Below, one piece after another: positions 46,601-62,049 of a DNA stretch of 64,000 bases (position 1 is the stretch's first letter; each line of letters starts with the position of its first letter). The notes under the pieces were generated by a model. The model saw nothing but the letters and a program-made list of their open reading frames with translations. It did not search any database and was not told the DNA's origin. Source of the DNA: the human T2T-CHM13v2.0 reference genome, Homo sapiens; assembly GCF_009914755.1 (NCBI RefSeq), contig NC_060946.1; one strand, 5' to 3'. Made by a program: the position numbers and the translations under genes.

Positions 46601-49600
46601 AAATATCAAAGTACCCAAACTATACATTATATACTGTACATAAAATATGAAATTATATCAAATATATATTATATTAGGTACATAAAATATGAAAGTACAT
46701 GAAATATAGATTATATACTGTACATAAAATGTCAAGGTACCCCAAATATATATTATATACTCTACATGAAATATCAAAGTTCACAAACTATATATTATAT
46801 ACTGTACATAAAATATCAAAGTACCCAAGGTATATATTCTATACTGTACAAAAAATAACAAAGTACCAAAAATCATGTATAATATACTGTACATAAAATA
46901 TGAAAGTACATCAAATATATATTTTATTCTGTACATAAAATATCAAAGTACACCAGATATATATTCTATAGTGTACATAAAATATCAAATTACCCAAACT
47001 ATACATTATATACTGTAAATAAAATATGAAATTACATCAAATATATTTTATATTAGGTACATAAAATATGAAAGTACATCAAATATATATTTTATTCTGA
47101 ACATAAAATATCAAAGTACACCAGATATATATTCTATAGTGTACATAAAATATCAAAGTACCCAAACTATACATTATATACTGTACATAAAATATGAAAT
47201 TACATCAAATATATATTAGGTACATAAAATATGAAAGTACATCAAATATAGATTATATACTGTACATAAAATATCAAAGTACCCCAAATATATATTTTAT
47301 ACTGTACATGAAATATCAAAGTTCACAAACTATATATTATATACTGTACATAAAATATCAAAGTACCCAAGGTATATATTCTATACTGTACAAAAAATAT
47401 CAAAGTACCCAAAGCATGTATTATATACTGTACATAAAATATGAAAGTACATCAAATATATATTTTATTCTGTACATAAAATATCAAGGTACACCAGATA
47501 TATATTCTATAGTGTACATAAAATATCAAAGTACCCAAAGTATAAATTATATACTGTACATAAAATATGAAATTACATCAAATATATATTAGGTACATAA
47601 AATATGAAAGTACATCAAATATAGATTATATACTTTACATTAAATACCAAAGTACCCCAAATATATATTTTATACTGTACATGAAATATGAAAGTTCACA
47701 AACTATATATTATATACTGTACATATAATATCAAAGTACCCAAGGAATATATTCTATACTGTACAAAAAACATCAAAGTACCCAAAGCATGCATTATATA
47801 CTGTACATAAAATATGAAAGTACATCAAATATATATTTTATTCTGTACATAAAATATCAAAGTACACCAGATATATATTCTATAGTGTACATAAAATAAC
47901 AAAGTACAAAAACTATACATTATATACTGTACATAAAATATGAAATTACATCAAATATATTTTATATTAGGTACATAAAATATGAAAGTACATCAAATAT
48001 ATATTTTATTCTGTACATAAAATATCAAAGTACACCAGATATATATTCTATAGTGTACATAAAATATCAAAGTACCCAAACTATACATTATATACTGTAC
48101 ATAAAATATGAAATTACATCAAATATATTTTATATTAGGTACATAAAATATGAAAGCACGTCAAATATAGATTATATACTGTACATAAAATATCAAGGTA
48201 CCCCAAATATATATTATATACTCTACATGAAATATCAAAGTTCACAAACTATATATTATATACTGTACATAAAATATCAAAGTACCCAAGGTATATATTC
48301 TATACTGTACAAAAAATAACAAAGTACCAAAAATCATGTATAATATACTGTACCTAAAATATGAAAGTACATCAAATATATATTTTATTCTGTACATAAA
48401 ATATCAAAGTACACCAGATATATATTCTATAGTGTACATAAAATATCAAAGTACCCAAACTATACATTATATACTGTAAATAAAATATGAAATTACATCA
48501 AATATATTTTATATTAGGTACATAAAATATGAAAGTACATCAAATATATATTTTATTCTGTACATAAAATATCAAAGTACACCAGATATATATTCTATAG
48601 TGTACATAAAATATCAAAGTACCCAAACTATACATTATATACTGTACATAAAATATGAAATTACATCAAATATATATTAGGTACATAAAATATGAAAGTA
48701 CATCAAATATAGATTATATACTGTACATAATATATCAAAGTACCCCAAATATATATTTTATACTGTACATGAAATATCAAAGTTCACAAACTATATATTA
48801 TATACTGTACATAAAATATCAAAGTACCCAAGGTATATATTCTATACTGTACAAAAAATATCAAAGTACCCAAAGCATGTATTATATACTGTACATAAAA
48901 TATGAAAGTACATCAAATATATATTTTATTCTGTACATAAAATATCAAGGTACACCAGATATATATTCTATAGTGTACATAAAATATCAAAGTACCCAAA
49001 GTATAAATTATATACTGTACATAAAATATGAAATTACATCAAATATATATTAGGTACATAAAATATGAAACTACATCAAATGTAGATTATATACTTTACA
49101 TTAAATACCAAAGTACCCCAAATATATATTTTATACTGTACATGAAATATTAAAGTTCACAAACTATATATTATATACTGTACATATAATATCAAAGTAC
49201 CCAAGGTATATATTGTATACTGTACAAAAATAACAAAGTAGCAAAAGCATGTATTATATACTGTACCTAAAATATGAAAGTACATCAAATATATATTTTA
49301 TTCTGTACATAAAATATCAAAGTACACCAGATATATATTCTATAGTGTACATAAAATATCAAAGTACCCAAACTATACATTATATACTGTACATAAAATA
49401 TGAAATTACATCAAATATATATTATATTAGGTACATACAATATGAAAGTACATCAAATATAGATTATATACTGTACATAAAATATCAAAGTACCCCAAAT
49501 ATATATTATATACTCTACATGAAATATCAAAGTTCACAAGCTATATATTATATACTGTACATAAAATATCAAAGTACCCAAGGTATATATTCTATACTGC

Positions 49601-52600
49601 ACAAAAAATATCAAAGTACCCAAAGCATGTATTATATACTGTACATAAAATATGAAAGTACATCGAATATATATTTTATTATGTACATAAAATATCAAAG
49701 TACACCAGATATATATTCTATAGTGTACATAAAATATCAAAGTACCCAAACTATACATTATATTGTGTACATAAAATATGAAATTACATCAAATATATAT
49801 TAGGTTCATAAAATATGAATGTACATCAAATATAGATTATATACTGTACATAAAATATCAAAGTACACCAGATATATATTCTATAGTGTACATAAAATAT
49901 CAAAGTACCCAAACTATACATTATATACTGTACATAAAATATGAAATTACATCAAATATATTTTATATTAGGTACATAAAATATGAAAGCACGTCAAATA
50001 TAGATTATATACTGTACATTAAATACCAAAGTACCCCAAATATATATTTTATACTGTACATCAAATATAAAAGTTCACAAACTATATATTATATACTGTA
50101 CATAAAATATCAAAGTACCCAAGGTATATATTCTATACTGTACAAAAAATATCAAAGTACCCAAAGCATGTATTATATAGTGTACATAAAATATGAAAGT
50201 ACATCAAATATATATTTTATTCTGTACATAAAATATCAAAGTACACCAGATATATATTCTATAGTGTACATAAAATATCAAAGTACCCAAACTATACATT
50301 ATATACTGTACATAAAATATCAAAGTACCCAAACTATACATTATATACTGTACATAAAATATGAGATTACATCAAATATATATTATATTAGCTACATAAA
50401 ATATGAAAGTACATCAGATATAGATTATATACTGTACATAAAATATCAAAGTACCCCAAATATATATTACATACTCTACATGAAATATCAAATTTCACAA
50501 ACTATATATTATATACTGTACATAAAATATCAAAGTACCCAAGGTATATATTCTATACTGTACAAAAAATAACAAAGTACCAAAAGCATGTATAATATAC
50601 TGTACATAAAATATGAAAGTACATCAAAAATATAATTTATTCTGTACATAAAATATCAAAGTACACCAGATATATATTCTATAGTGTACATAAAATATCA
50701 AAGTACCCAAACTATACATTATATACTGTACATAAAATATGAAATTACATCAAATATATTTTATATTAGGTACATAAAATATGAAAGCACATCAAATATA
50801 GATTATATACTGTACATTAAATACCAAAGTACCCCAAATATATATTTTATACTGTACATCAAATATAAAAGTTCACAAACTATATATTATATACTGTACA
50901 TAAAATATCAAAGTACCCAAGGTATATATTCTATACTGTACAAAAAATATCAAAGTACCCAAAGCATGTATTATATACTGTACATAAAATATGAAAGTAC
51001 ATCAAATATATATTTTATTCTGTACATAAAATATCAAAGTACACCAGATATATATTCTATAGTGTACATAAAATATCAAAGTACCCAAACTATACATTAT
51101 ATACTGTACATAAAATATGAGATTACATCAAATATATATTATATTAGCTACATAAAATATGAAAGTACATCAGATATAGATTATATACTGTACATAAAAT
51201 ATCAAAGTACCCCAAATATATATTATATACTCTACATGAAATATCAAAGTTCACAAACTATATATTATATACTGTACATAAAATATCAAAGTACCCAAGG
51301 TATATATTCTATACTGTACAAAAAATATCAAAGTACCCAAAGCATGTATTATATACTGTATACAAAATATGAAAATACATTAAATATATATTTTATTCTG
51401 TACATAAAATATCAAAGTACACCTGATATGTATTCTATAGTGTACATAAAATAACAAAGTACACAAACTATAAATTATATAATGTACGTAAAATATGAAA
51501 TTACATCAAATATATATTAGGTACATAAAATATGAAAGTACATCATATATAGATTATATACTGTACATATATCAATGTACCCCAAATATATATTTTATAC
51601 TCTACATGAAATATCAAAGTTCACAAACCATACATTGTATACTGTACATAAAATATCAAAGTACCCAAGGTATATATTCTATACTGTACGAAAAATATCA
51701 AAGTACCCAAAGCATGTATTATATACTGTACCTAAAATATGAAAGTACATCAAATATATATTTTATTCTGTACATAAAATATCAAAGTACACCAGATATA
51801 TATTCTATATTGTACATAAAATATCAAAGTACCCAAACTATACATTATATACTGTACATAAAATATGAAATTATATCAAATATATATTATATTAGGTACA
51901 TAAAATATGAAAGTACATGAAATATAGATTATATACTGTACATAAAATGTCAAGGTACCCCAAATATATATTATATACTCTACATGAAATATCAAAGTTC
52001 ACAAACTATATATTATATACTGTACATAAAATATCAAAGTACCCAAGGTATATATTCTATACTGTACAAAAAATAACAAAGTACCAAAAATCATGTATAA
52101 TATACTGTACATAAAATATGAAAGTACATCAAATATATATTTTATTCTGTACATAAAATATCAAAGTACACCAGATATATATTCTATAGTGTACATAAAA
52201 TATCAAATTACCCAAACTATACATTATATACTGTAAATAAAATATGAAATTACATCAAATATATTTTATATTAGGTACATAAAATATGAAAGTACATCAA
52301 ATATATATTTTATTCTGAACATAAAATATCAAAGTACACCAGATATATATTCTATAGTGTACATAAAATATCAAAGTACCCAAACTATACATTATATACT
52401 GTACATAAAATATGAAATTACATCAAATATATATTAGGTACATAAAATATGAAAGTACATCAAATATAGATTATATACTGTACATAAAATATCAAAGTAC
52501 CCCAAATATATATTTTATACTGTACATGAAATATCAAAGTTCACAAACTATATATTATATACTGTACATAAAATATCAAAGTACCCAAGGTATATATTCT

Positions 52601-55600
52601 ATACTGTACAAAAAATATCAAAGTACCCAAAGCATGTATTATATACTGTACATAAAATATGAAAGTACATCAAATATATATTTTATTCTGTACATAAAAT
52701 ATCAAGGTACACCAGATATATATTCTATAGTGTACATAAAATATCAAAGTACCCAAAGTATAAATTATATACTGTACATAAAATATGAAATTACATCAAA
52801 TATATATTAGGTACATAAAATATGAAAGTACATCAAATATAGATTATATACTTTACATTAAATACCAAAGTACCCCAAATATATATTTTATACTGTACAT
52901 GAAATATGAAAGTTCACAAACTATATATTATATACTGTACATATAATATCAAAGTACCCAAGGTATATATTCTATACTGTACAAAAAACATCAAAGTACC
53001 CAAAGCATGCATTATATACTGTACATAAAATATGAAAGTACATCAAATATATATTTTATTCTGTACATAAAATATCAAAGTACACCAGATATATATTCTA
53101 TAGTGTACATAAAATAACAAAGTACAAAAACTATACATTATATACTGTACATAAAATATGAAATTACATCAAATATATTTTATATTAGGTACATAAAATA
53201 TGAAAGTACATCAAATATATATTTTATTCTGTACATAAAATATCAAAGTACACCAGATATATATTCTATAGTGTACATAAAATATCAAAGTACCCAAACT
53301 ATACATTATATACTGTACATAAAATATGAAATTACATCAAATATATTTTATATTAGGTACATAAAATATGAAAGCACGTCAAATATAGATTATATACTGT
53401 ACATAAAATATCAAGGTACCCCAAATATATATTATATACTCTACATGAAATATCAAAGTTCACAAACTATATATTATATACTGTACATAAAATATCAAAG
53501 TACCCAAGGTATATATTCTATACTGTACAAAAAATAACAAAGTACCAAAAATCATGTATAATATACTGTACCTAAAATATGAAAGTACATCAAATATATA
53601 TTTTATTCTGTACATAAAATATCAAAGTACACCAGATATATATTCTATAGTGTACATAAAATATCAAAGTACCCAAACTATACATTATATACTGTAAATA
53701 AAATATGAAATTACATCAAATATATTTTATATTAGGTACATAAAATATGAAAGTACATCAAATATATATTTTATTCTGTACATAAAATATCAAAGTACAC
53801 CAGATATATATTCTATAGTGTACATAAAATATCAAAGTACCCAAACTATACATTATATACTGTACATAAAATATGAAATTACATCAAATATATATTAGGT
53901 ACATAAAATATGAAAGTACATCAAATATAGATTATATACTGTACATAATATATCAAAGTACCCCAAATATATATTTTATACTGTACATGAAATATCAAAG
54001 TTCACAAACTATATATTATATACTGTACATAAAATATCAAAGTACCCAAGGTATATATTCTATACTGTACAAAAAATATCAAAGTACCCAAAGCATGTAT
54101 TATATACTGTACATAAAATATGAAAGTACATCAAATATATATTTTATTCTGTACATAAAATATCAAGGTACACCAGATATATATTCTATAGTGTACATAA
54201 AATATCAAAGTACCCAAAGTATAAATTATATACTGTACATAAAATATGAAATTACATCAAATATATATTAGGTACATAAAATATGAAACTACATCAAATG
54301 TAGATTATATACTTTACATTAAATACCAAAGTACCCCAAATATATATTTTATACTGTACATGAAATATTAAAGTTCACAAACTATATATTATATACTGTA
54401 CATATAATATCAAAGTACCCAAGGTATATATTGTATACTGTACAAAAATAACAAAGTAGCAAAAGCATGTATTATATACTGTACCTAAAATATGAAAGTA
54501 CATCAAATATATATTTTATTCTGTACATAAAATATCAAAGTACACCAGATATATATTCTATAGTGTACATAAAATATCAAAGTACCCAAACTATACATTA
54601 TATACTGTACATAAAATATGAAATTACATCAAATATATATTATATTAGGTACATACAATATGAAAGTACATCAAATATAGATTATATACTGTACATAAAA
54701 TATCAAAGTACCCCAAATATATATTATATACTCTACATGAAATATCAAAGTTCACAAGCTATATATTATATACTGTACATAAAATATCAAAGTACCCAAG
54801 GTATATATTCTATACTGCACAAAAAATATCAAAGTACCCAAAGCATGTATTATATACTGTACATAAAATATGAAAGTACATCGAATATATATTTTATTAT
54901 GTACATAAAATATCAAAGTACACCAGATATATATTCTATAGTGTACATAAAATATCAAAGTACCCAAACTATACATTATATTGTGTACATAAAATATGAA
55001 ATTACATCAAATATATATTAGGTTCATAAAATATGAATGTACATCAAATATAGATTATATACTGTACATAAAATATCAAAGTACACCAGATATATATTCT
55101 ATAGTGTACATAAAATATCAAAGTACCCAAACTATACATTATATACTGTACATAAAATATGAAATTACATCAAATATATTTTATATTAGGTACATAAAAT
55201 ATGAAAGCACGTCAAATATAGATTATATACTGTACATTAAATACCAAAGTACCCCAAATATATATTTTATACTGTACATCAAATATAAAAGTTCACAAAC
55301 TATATATTATATACTGTACATAAAATATCAAAGTACCCAAGGTATATATTCTATACTGTACAAAAAATATCAAAGTACCCAAAGCATGTATTATATAGTG
55401 TACATAAAATATGAAAGTACATCAAATATATATTTTATTCTGTACATAAAATATCAAAGTACACCAGATATATATTCTATAGTGTACATAAAATATCAAA
55501 GTACCCAAACTATACATTATATACTGTACATAAAATATCAAAGTACCCAAACTATACATTATATACTGTACATAAAATATGAGATTACATCAAATATATA

Positions 55601-58600
55601 TTATATTAGCTACATAAAATATGAAAGTACATCAGATATAGATTATATACTGTACATAAAATATCAAAGTACCCCAAATATATATTACATACTCTACATG
55701 AAATATCAAATTTCACAAACTATATATTATATACTGTACATAAAATATCAAAGTACCCAAGGTATATATTCTATACTGTACAAAAAATAACAAAGTACCA
55801 AAAGCATGTATAATATACTGTACATAAAATATGAAAGTACATCAAAAATATAATTTATTCTGTACATAAAATATCAAAGTACACCAGATATATATTCTAT
55901 AGTGTACATAAAATATCAAAGTACCCAAACTATACATTATATACTGTAAATAAAATATGAAATTACATCAAATATATTTTATATTAGGTACATAAAATAT
56001 GAAAGTACATCAAATATATATTTTATACTGTACATAAAATATCAAAGTACACCAGATATATATTCTATAGTGTACATAAAATATCAAAGTACCCAAACTA
56101 TACATTATATACTGTACATAAAATATGAAATTACATCAAATATATATTATATTAGGTACATAAAATATGAAAGCACATCAAATATAGATTATATACTGTA
56201 CATTAAATACCAAAGTACCCCAAATATATATTTTATACTGTACATCAAATATAAAAGTTCACAAACTATATATTATATACTGTACATAAAATATCAAAGT
56301 ACCCAAGGTATATATTCTATACTGTACAAAAAATATCAAAGTACCCAAAGCATGTATTATATACTGTACATAAAATATGAAAGTACATCAAATATATATT
56401 TTATTCTGTACATAAAATATCAAAGTACACCAGATATATATTCTATAGTGTACATAAAATATCAAAGTACCCAAACTATACATTATATACTGTACATAAA
56501 ATATGAGATTACATCAAATATATATTATATTAGCTACATAAAATATGAAAGTACATCAGATATAGATTATATACTGTACATAAAATATCAAAGTACCCCA
56601 AATATATATTATATACTCTACATGAAATATCAAAGTTCACAAACTATATATTATATACTGTACATAAAATATCAAAGTACCCAAGGTATATATTCTATAC
56701 TGTACAAAAAATATCAAAGTACCCAAAGCATGTATTATATACTGTATACAAAATATGAAAATACATTAAATATATATTTTATTCTGTACATAAAATATCA
56801 AAGTACACCTGATATGTATTCTATAGTGTACATAAAATAACAAAGTACACAAACTATAAATTATATAATGTACGTAAAATATGAAATTACATCAAATATA
56901 TATTAGGTACATAAAATATGAAAGTACATCATATATAGATTATATACTGTACATATATCAATGTACCCCAAATATATATTTTATACTCTACATGAAATAT
57001 CAAAGTTCACAAACCATACATTGTATACTGTACATAAAATATCAAAGTACCCAAGGTATATATTCTATACTGTACGAAAAATATCAAAGTACCCAAAGCA
57101 TGTATTATATACTGTACCTAAAATATGAAAGTACATCAAATATATATTTTATTCTGTACATAAAATATCAAAGTACACCAGATATATATTCTATATTGTA
57201 CATAAAATATCAAAGTACCCAAACTATACATTATATACTGTACATAAAATATGAAATTATATCAAATATATATTATATTAGGTACATAAAATATGAAAGT
57301 ACATGAAATATAGATTATATACTGTACATAAAATGTCAAGGTACCCCAAATATATATTATATACTCTACATGAAATATCAAAGTTCACAAACTATATATT
57401 ATATACTGTACATAAAATATCAAAGTACCCAAGGTATATATTCTATACTGTACAAAAAATAACAAAGTACCAAAAATCATGTATAATATACTGTACATAA
57501 AATATGAAAGTACATCAAATATATATTTTATTCTGTACATAAAATATCAAAGTACACCAGATATATATTCTATAGTGTACATAAAATATCAAATTACCCA
57601 AACTATACATTATATACTGTAAATAAAATATGAAATTACATCAAATATATTTTATATTAGGTACATAAAATATGAAAGTACATCAAATATATATTTTATT
57701 CTGAACATAAAATATCAAAGTACACCAGATATATATTCTATAGTGTACATAAAATATCAAAGTACCCAAACTATACATTATATACTGTACATAAAATATG
57801 AAATTACATCAAATATATATTAGGTACATAAAATATGAAAGTACATCAAATATAGATTATATACTGTACATAAAATATCAAAGTACCCCAAATATATATT
57901 TTATACTGTACATGAAATATCAAAGTTCACAAACTATATATTATATACTGTACATAAAATATCAAAGTACCCAAGGTATATATTCTATACTGTACAAAAA
58001 ATATCAAAGTACCCAAAGCATGTATTATATACTGTACATAAAATATGAAAGTACATCAAATATATATTTTATTCTGTACATAAAATATCAAGGTACACCA
58101 GATATATATTCTATAGTGTACATAAAATATCAAAGTACCCAAAGTATAAATTATATACTGTACATAAAATATGAAATTACATCAAATATATATTAGGTAC
58201 ATAAAATATGAAAGTACATCAAATATAGATTATATACTTTACATTAAATACCAAAGTACCCCAAATATATATTTTATACTGTACATGAAATATGAAAGTT
58301 CACAAACTATATATTATGTACTGTACATATAATATCAAAGTACCCAAGGTATATATTCTATACTGTACAAAAAACATCAAAGTACCCAAAGCATGCATTA
58401 TATACTGTACATAAAATATGAAAGTACATCAAATATATATTTTATTCTGTACATAAAATATCAAAGTACACCAGATATATATTCTATAGTGTACATAAAA
58501 TAACAAAGTACAAAAACTATACATTATATACTGTACATAAAATATGAAATTACATCAAATATATTTTATATTAGGTACATAAAATATGAAAGTACATCAA

Positions 58601-59670
58601 ATATATATTTTATTCTGTACATAAAATATCAAAGTACACCAGATATATATTCTATAGTGTACATAAAATATCAAAGTACCCAAACTATACATTATATACT
58701 GTACATAAAATATGAAATTACATCAAATATATTTTATATTAGGTACATAAAATATGAAAGCACGTCAAATATAGATTATATACTGTACATAAAATATCAA
58801 GGTACCCCAAATATATATTATATACTCTACATGAAATATCAAAGTTCACAAACTATATATTATATACTGTACATAAAATATCAAAGTACCCAAGGTATAT
58901 ATTCTATACTGTACAAAAAATAACAAAGTACCAAAAATCATGTATAATATACTGTACCTAAAATATGAAAGTACATCAAATATATATTTTATTCTGTACA
59001 TAAAATATCAAAGTACACCAGATATATATTCTATAGTGTACATAAAATATCAAAGTACCCAAACTATACATTATATACTGTAAATAAAATATGAAATTAC
59101 ATCAAATATATTTTATATTAGGTACATAAAATATGAAAGTACATCAAATATATATTTTATTCTGTACATAAAATATCAAAGTACACCAGATATATATTCT
59201 ATAGTGTACATAAAATATCAAAGTACCCAAACTATACATTATATACTGTACATAAAATATGAAATTACATCAAATATATATTAGGTACATAAAATATGAA
59301 AGTACATCAAATATAGATTATATACTGTACATAATATATCAAAGTACCCCAAATATATATTTTATACTGTACATGAAATATCAAAGTTCACAAACTATAT
59401 ATTATATACTGTACATAAAATATCAAAGTACCCAAGGTATATATTCTATACTGTACAAAAAATATCAAAGTACCCAAAGCATGTATTATATACTGTACAT
59501 AAAATATGAAAGTACATCAAATATATATTTTATTCTGTACATAAAATATCAAGGTACACCAGATATATATTCTATAGTGTACATAAAATATCAAAGTACC
59601 CAAAGTATAAATTATATACTGTACATAAAATATGAAATTACATCAAATATATATTAGGTACATAAAATAT
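43681..59670 (+). repeat. Right-domain macro-repeat: three tandem copies of a 5,386-bp unit (43,681-49,066; 49,067-54,284, 168 bp shorter; 54,285-59,670)
   Basis: Marker GAAACTACATCAAATGTAGA at 43681, 49067 and 54285. ORF triplets 43863/49249/54467, 44392/49778/54996, 46277/51495/56881 and 48655/53873/59259. Confidence 0.92.
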
Positions 59671-60520
59671 GAAAGTACATCAAATATAGATTATATACTT
59701 TACATTAAATACCAAAGTACCCCAAATATATATTTTATACTGTACATAAAATATCAAAGTTCACAAACTATATATTATATACTGTACATATAATATCAAA
59801 GTACCCAAGGTATATATTCTATACTGTACAAAAAACATCAAAGTACCCAAAGCATGCATTATATACTGTACATAAAATATGAAAGTACATCAAATATATA
59901 TTTTATTCTGTACATAAAATATCAAAGTACACCAGATATATATTCTATAGTGTACATAAAATAACAAAGTACAAAAACTATACATTATATACTGTACATA
60001 AAATATGAAATTACATGAAATATATTTTATATTAGGTACATAAAATATGAAAGTACATCAAATATATATTTTATTCTGTACATAAAATATCAAAGTACAC
60101 CAGATATATATTCTATAGTGTACATAAAATATCAAAGTACCCAAACTATACATTATATACTGTACATAAAATATGAAATTACATCAAATATATTTTATAT
60201 TAGGTACACAAAATATGAAAGCACATCAAATATAGATTATATACTGTACATAAAATATCAAGGTACCCCAAATATATATTATATACTCTACATGAAATAT
60301 CAAAGTTCACAAACTATATATTATATACTGTACATAAAATATCAAAGTACCCAAGGTATATATTCTATACTGTACAAAAAATAACAAAGTACCAAAAATC
60401 ATGTATAATATACTGTACCTAAAATATGAAAGTACATCAAATATATATTTTATTCTGTACATAAAATATCAAAGTACACCAGATATATATTCTATAGTGT
60501 ACATAAAATATCAAAGTACC
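57500..60520 (+). repeat. 1,461-bp tandem sub-repeat (about two copies here, about 1.5 copies in each earlier 5.4-kb unit)
   Basis: ORF pairs 47194/48655, 52412/53873, 57798/59259 and 58657/60118 are all offset by 1,461. Markers CAAGGTACACC, AAAACATCAAAG, GCATGCAT and AAAAATCATG. Confidence 0.85.
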
Positions 60521-62049
60521 CAAACTATACATTATATACTGTACATAAAATATGAGATTACAACAAATATATATTATATTAGCTACATAAAATATGAAAG
60601 TACATCAGATATAGATTATATACTGTACATAAAATATCAAAGTACCCCAAATATATATTATATACTCTACATGAAATATCAAAGTTCACAAACTATATAT
60701 TATATACTGTACATAAAATATCAAAGTACCCAAGGTATATATTCTATACTGTACAAAAAATAACAAAGTACCAAAAGCATGTATAATATACTGTACATAA
60801 AATATGAAAGTACATCAAATATATATTTTATTCTGTACATAAAATATCAAAGTACACCAGATATATATTCTATAGTGTACATAAAATATCAAAGTACCCA
60901 GACTATACATTATATACTGTAAATAAAATATGAAATTACATCAAATATATTTTATATTAGGTACATAAAATATGAAAGTACATCAAATATATATTTTATA
61001 CTGTACATAAAATATCAAAGTACACCAGATATATATTCTATAGTGTACATAAAATATCAAAGTACCCAAACTATACATTATATACTGTACATAAAATATG
61101 AAATTACATCAAATATATATTATATTAGGTACATAAAATATGAAAGCACATCAAATATAGATTATATACTGTACATTAAATACCAAAGTACCCCAAATAT
61201 ATATTTTATACTGTACATCAAATATAAAAGTTCACAAACTATATATTATATACTGTACATAAAATATCAAAGTACCCAAGGTATATATTCTGTACTGTAC
61301 AAAAAATATCAAAGTACCCAAAGCATGTATTATATACTGTACATAAAATATGAAAGTACATCAAATATATATTTTATTCTGTACATAAAATATCAAAGTA
61401 CACCAGATATATATTCTATAGTGTACATAAAATATCAAAGTACCCAAACTATACATTATATACTGTACATAAAATATGAGATTACATCAAATATATATTA
61501 TATTAGCTACATAAAATATGAAAGTACATCAGATATAGATTATATACTGTACATAAAATATCAAAGTACCCCAAATATATATTATACACTCTACATGAAA
61601 TATCAAAGTTCACAAACTATATATTATATACTGTACATAAAATATCAAAGTACCGAAGGTATATATTCTATACTGTACAAAAAATATCAAAGTACCCAAA
61701 GCATGTATTATATACTGTATACAAAATATGAAAATACATTAAATATATATTTTATTCTGTACATAAAATATCAAAGTACACCAGATATGTATTCTATAGT
61801 GTACATAAAATAACAAAGTACACAAACTATAAATTATATACTGTACGTAAAATATGAAATTACATCAAATATATATTAGGTACATAAAATATGAAAGTAC
61901 ATCTAATATAGATTATATACTGTACATATAATATCAATGTACCCCAAATATATATTTTATACTGTACATGAAATATCAAAGTTCACAAACCATACATTAT
62001 ATACTGTACATAAAATATCAAAGTACCCAAGGCATATATTCTATACTGT

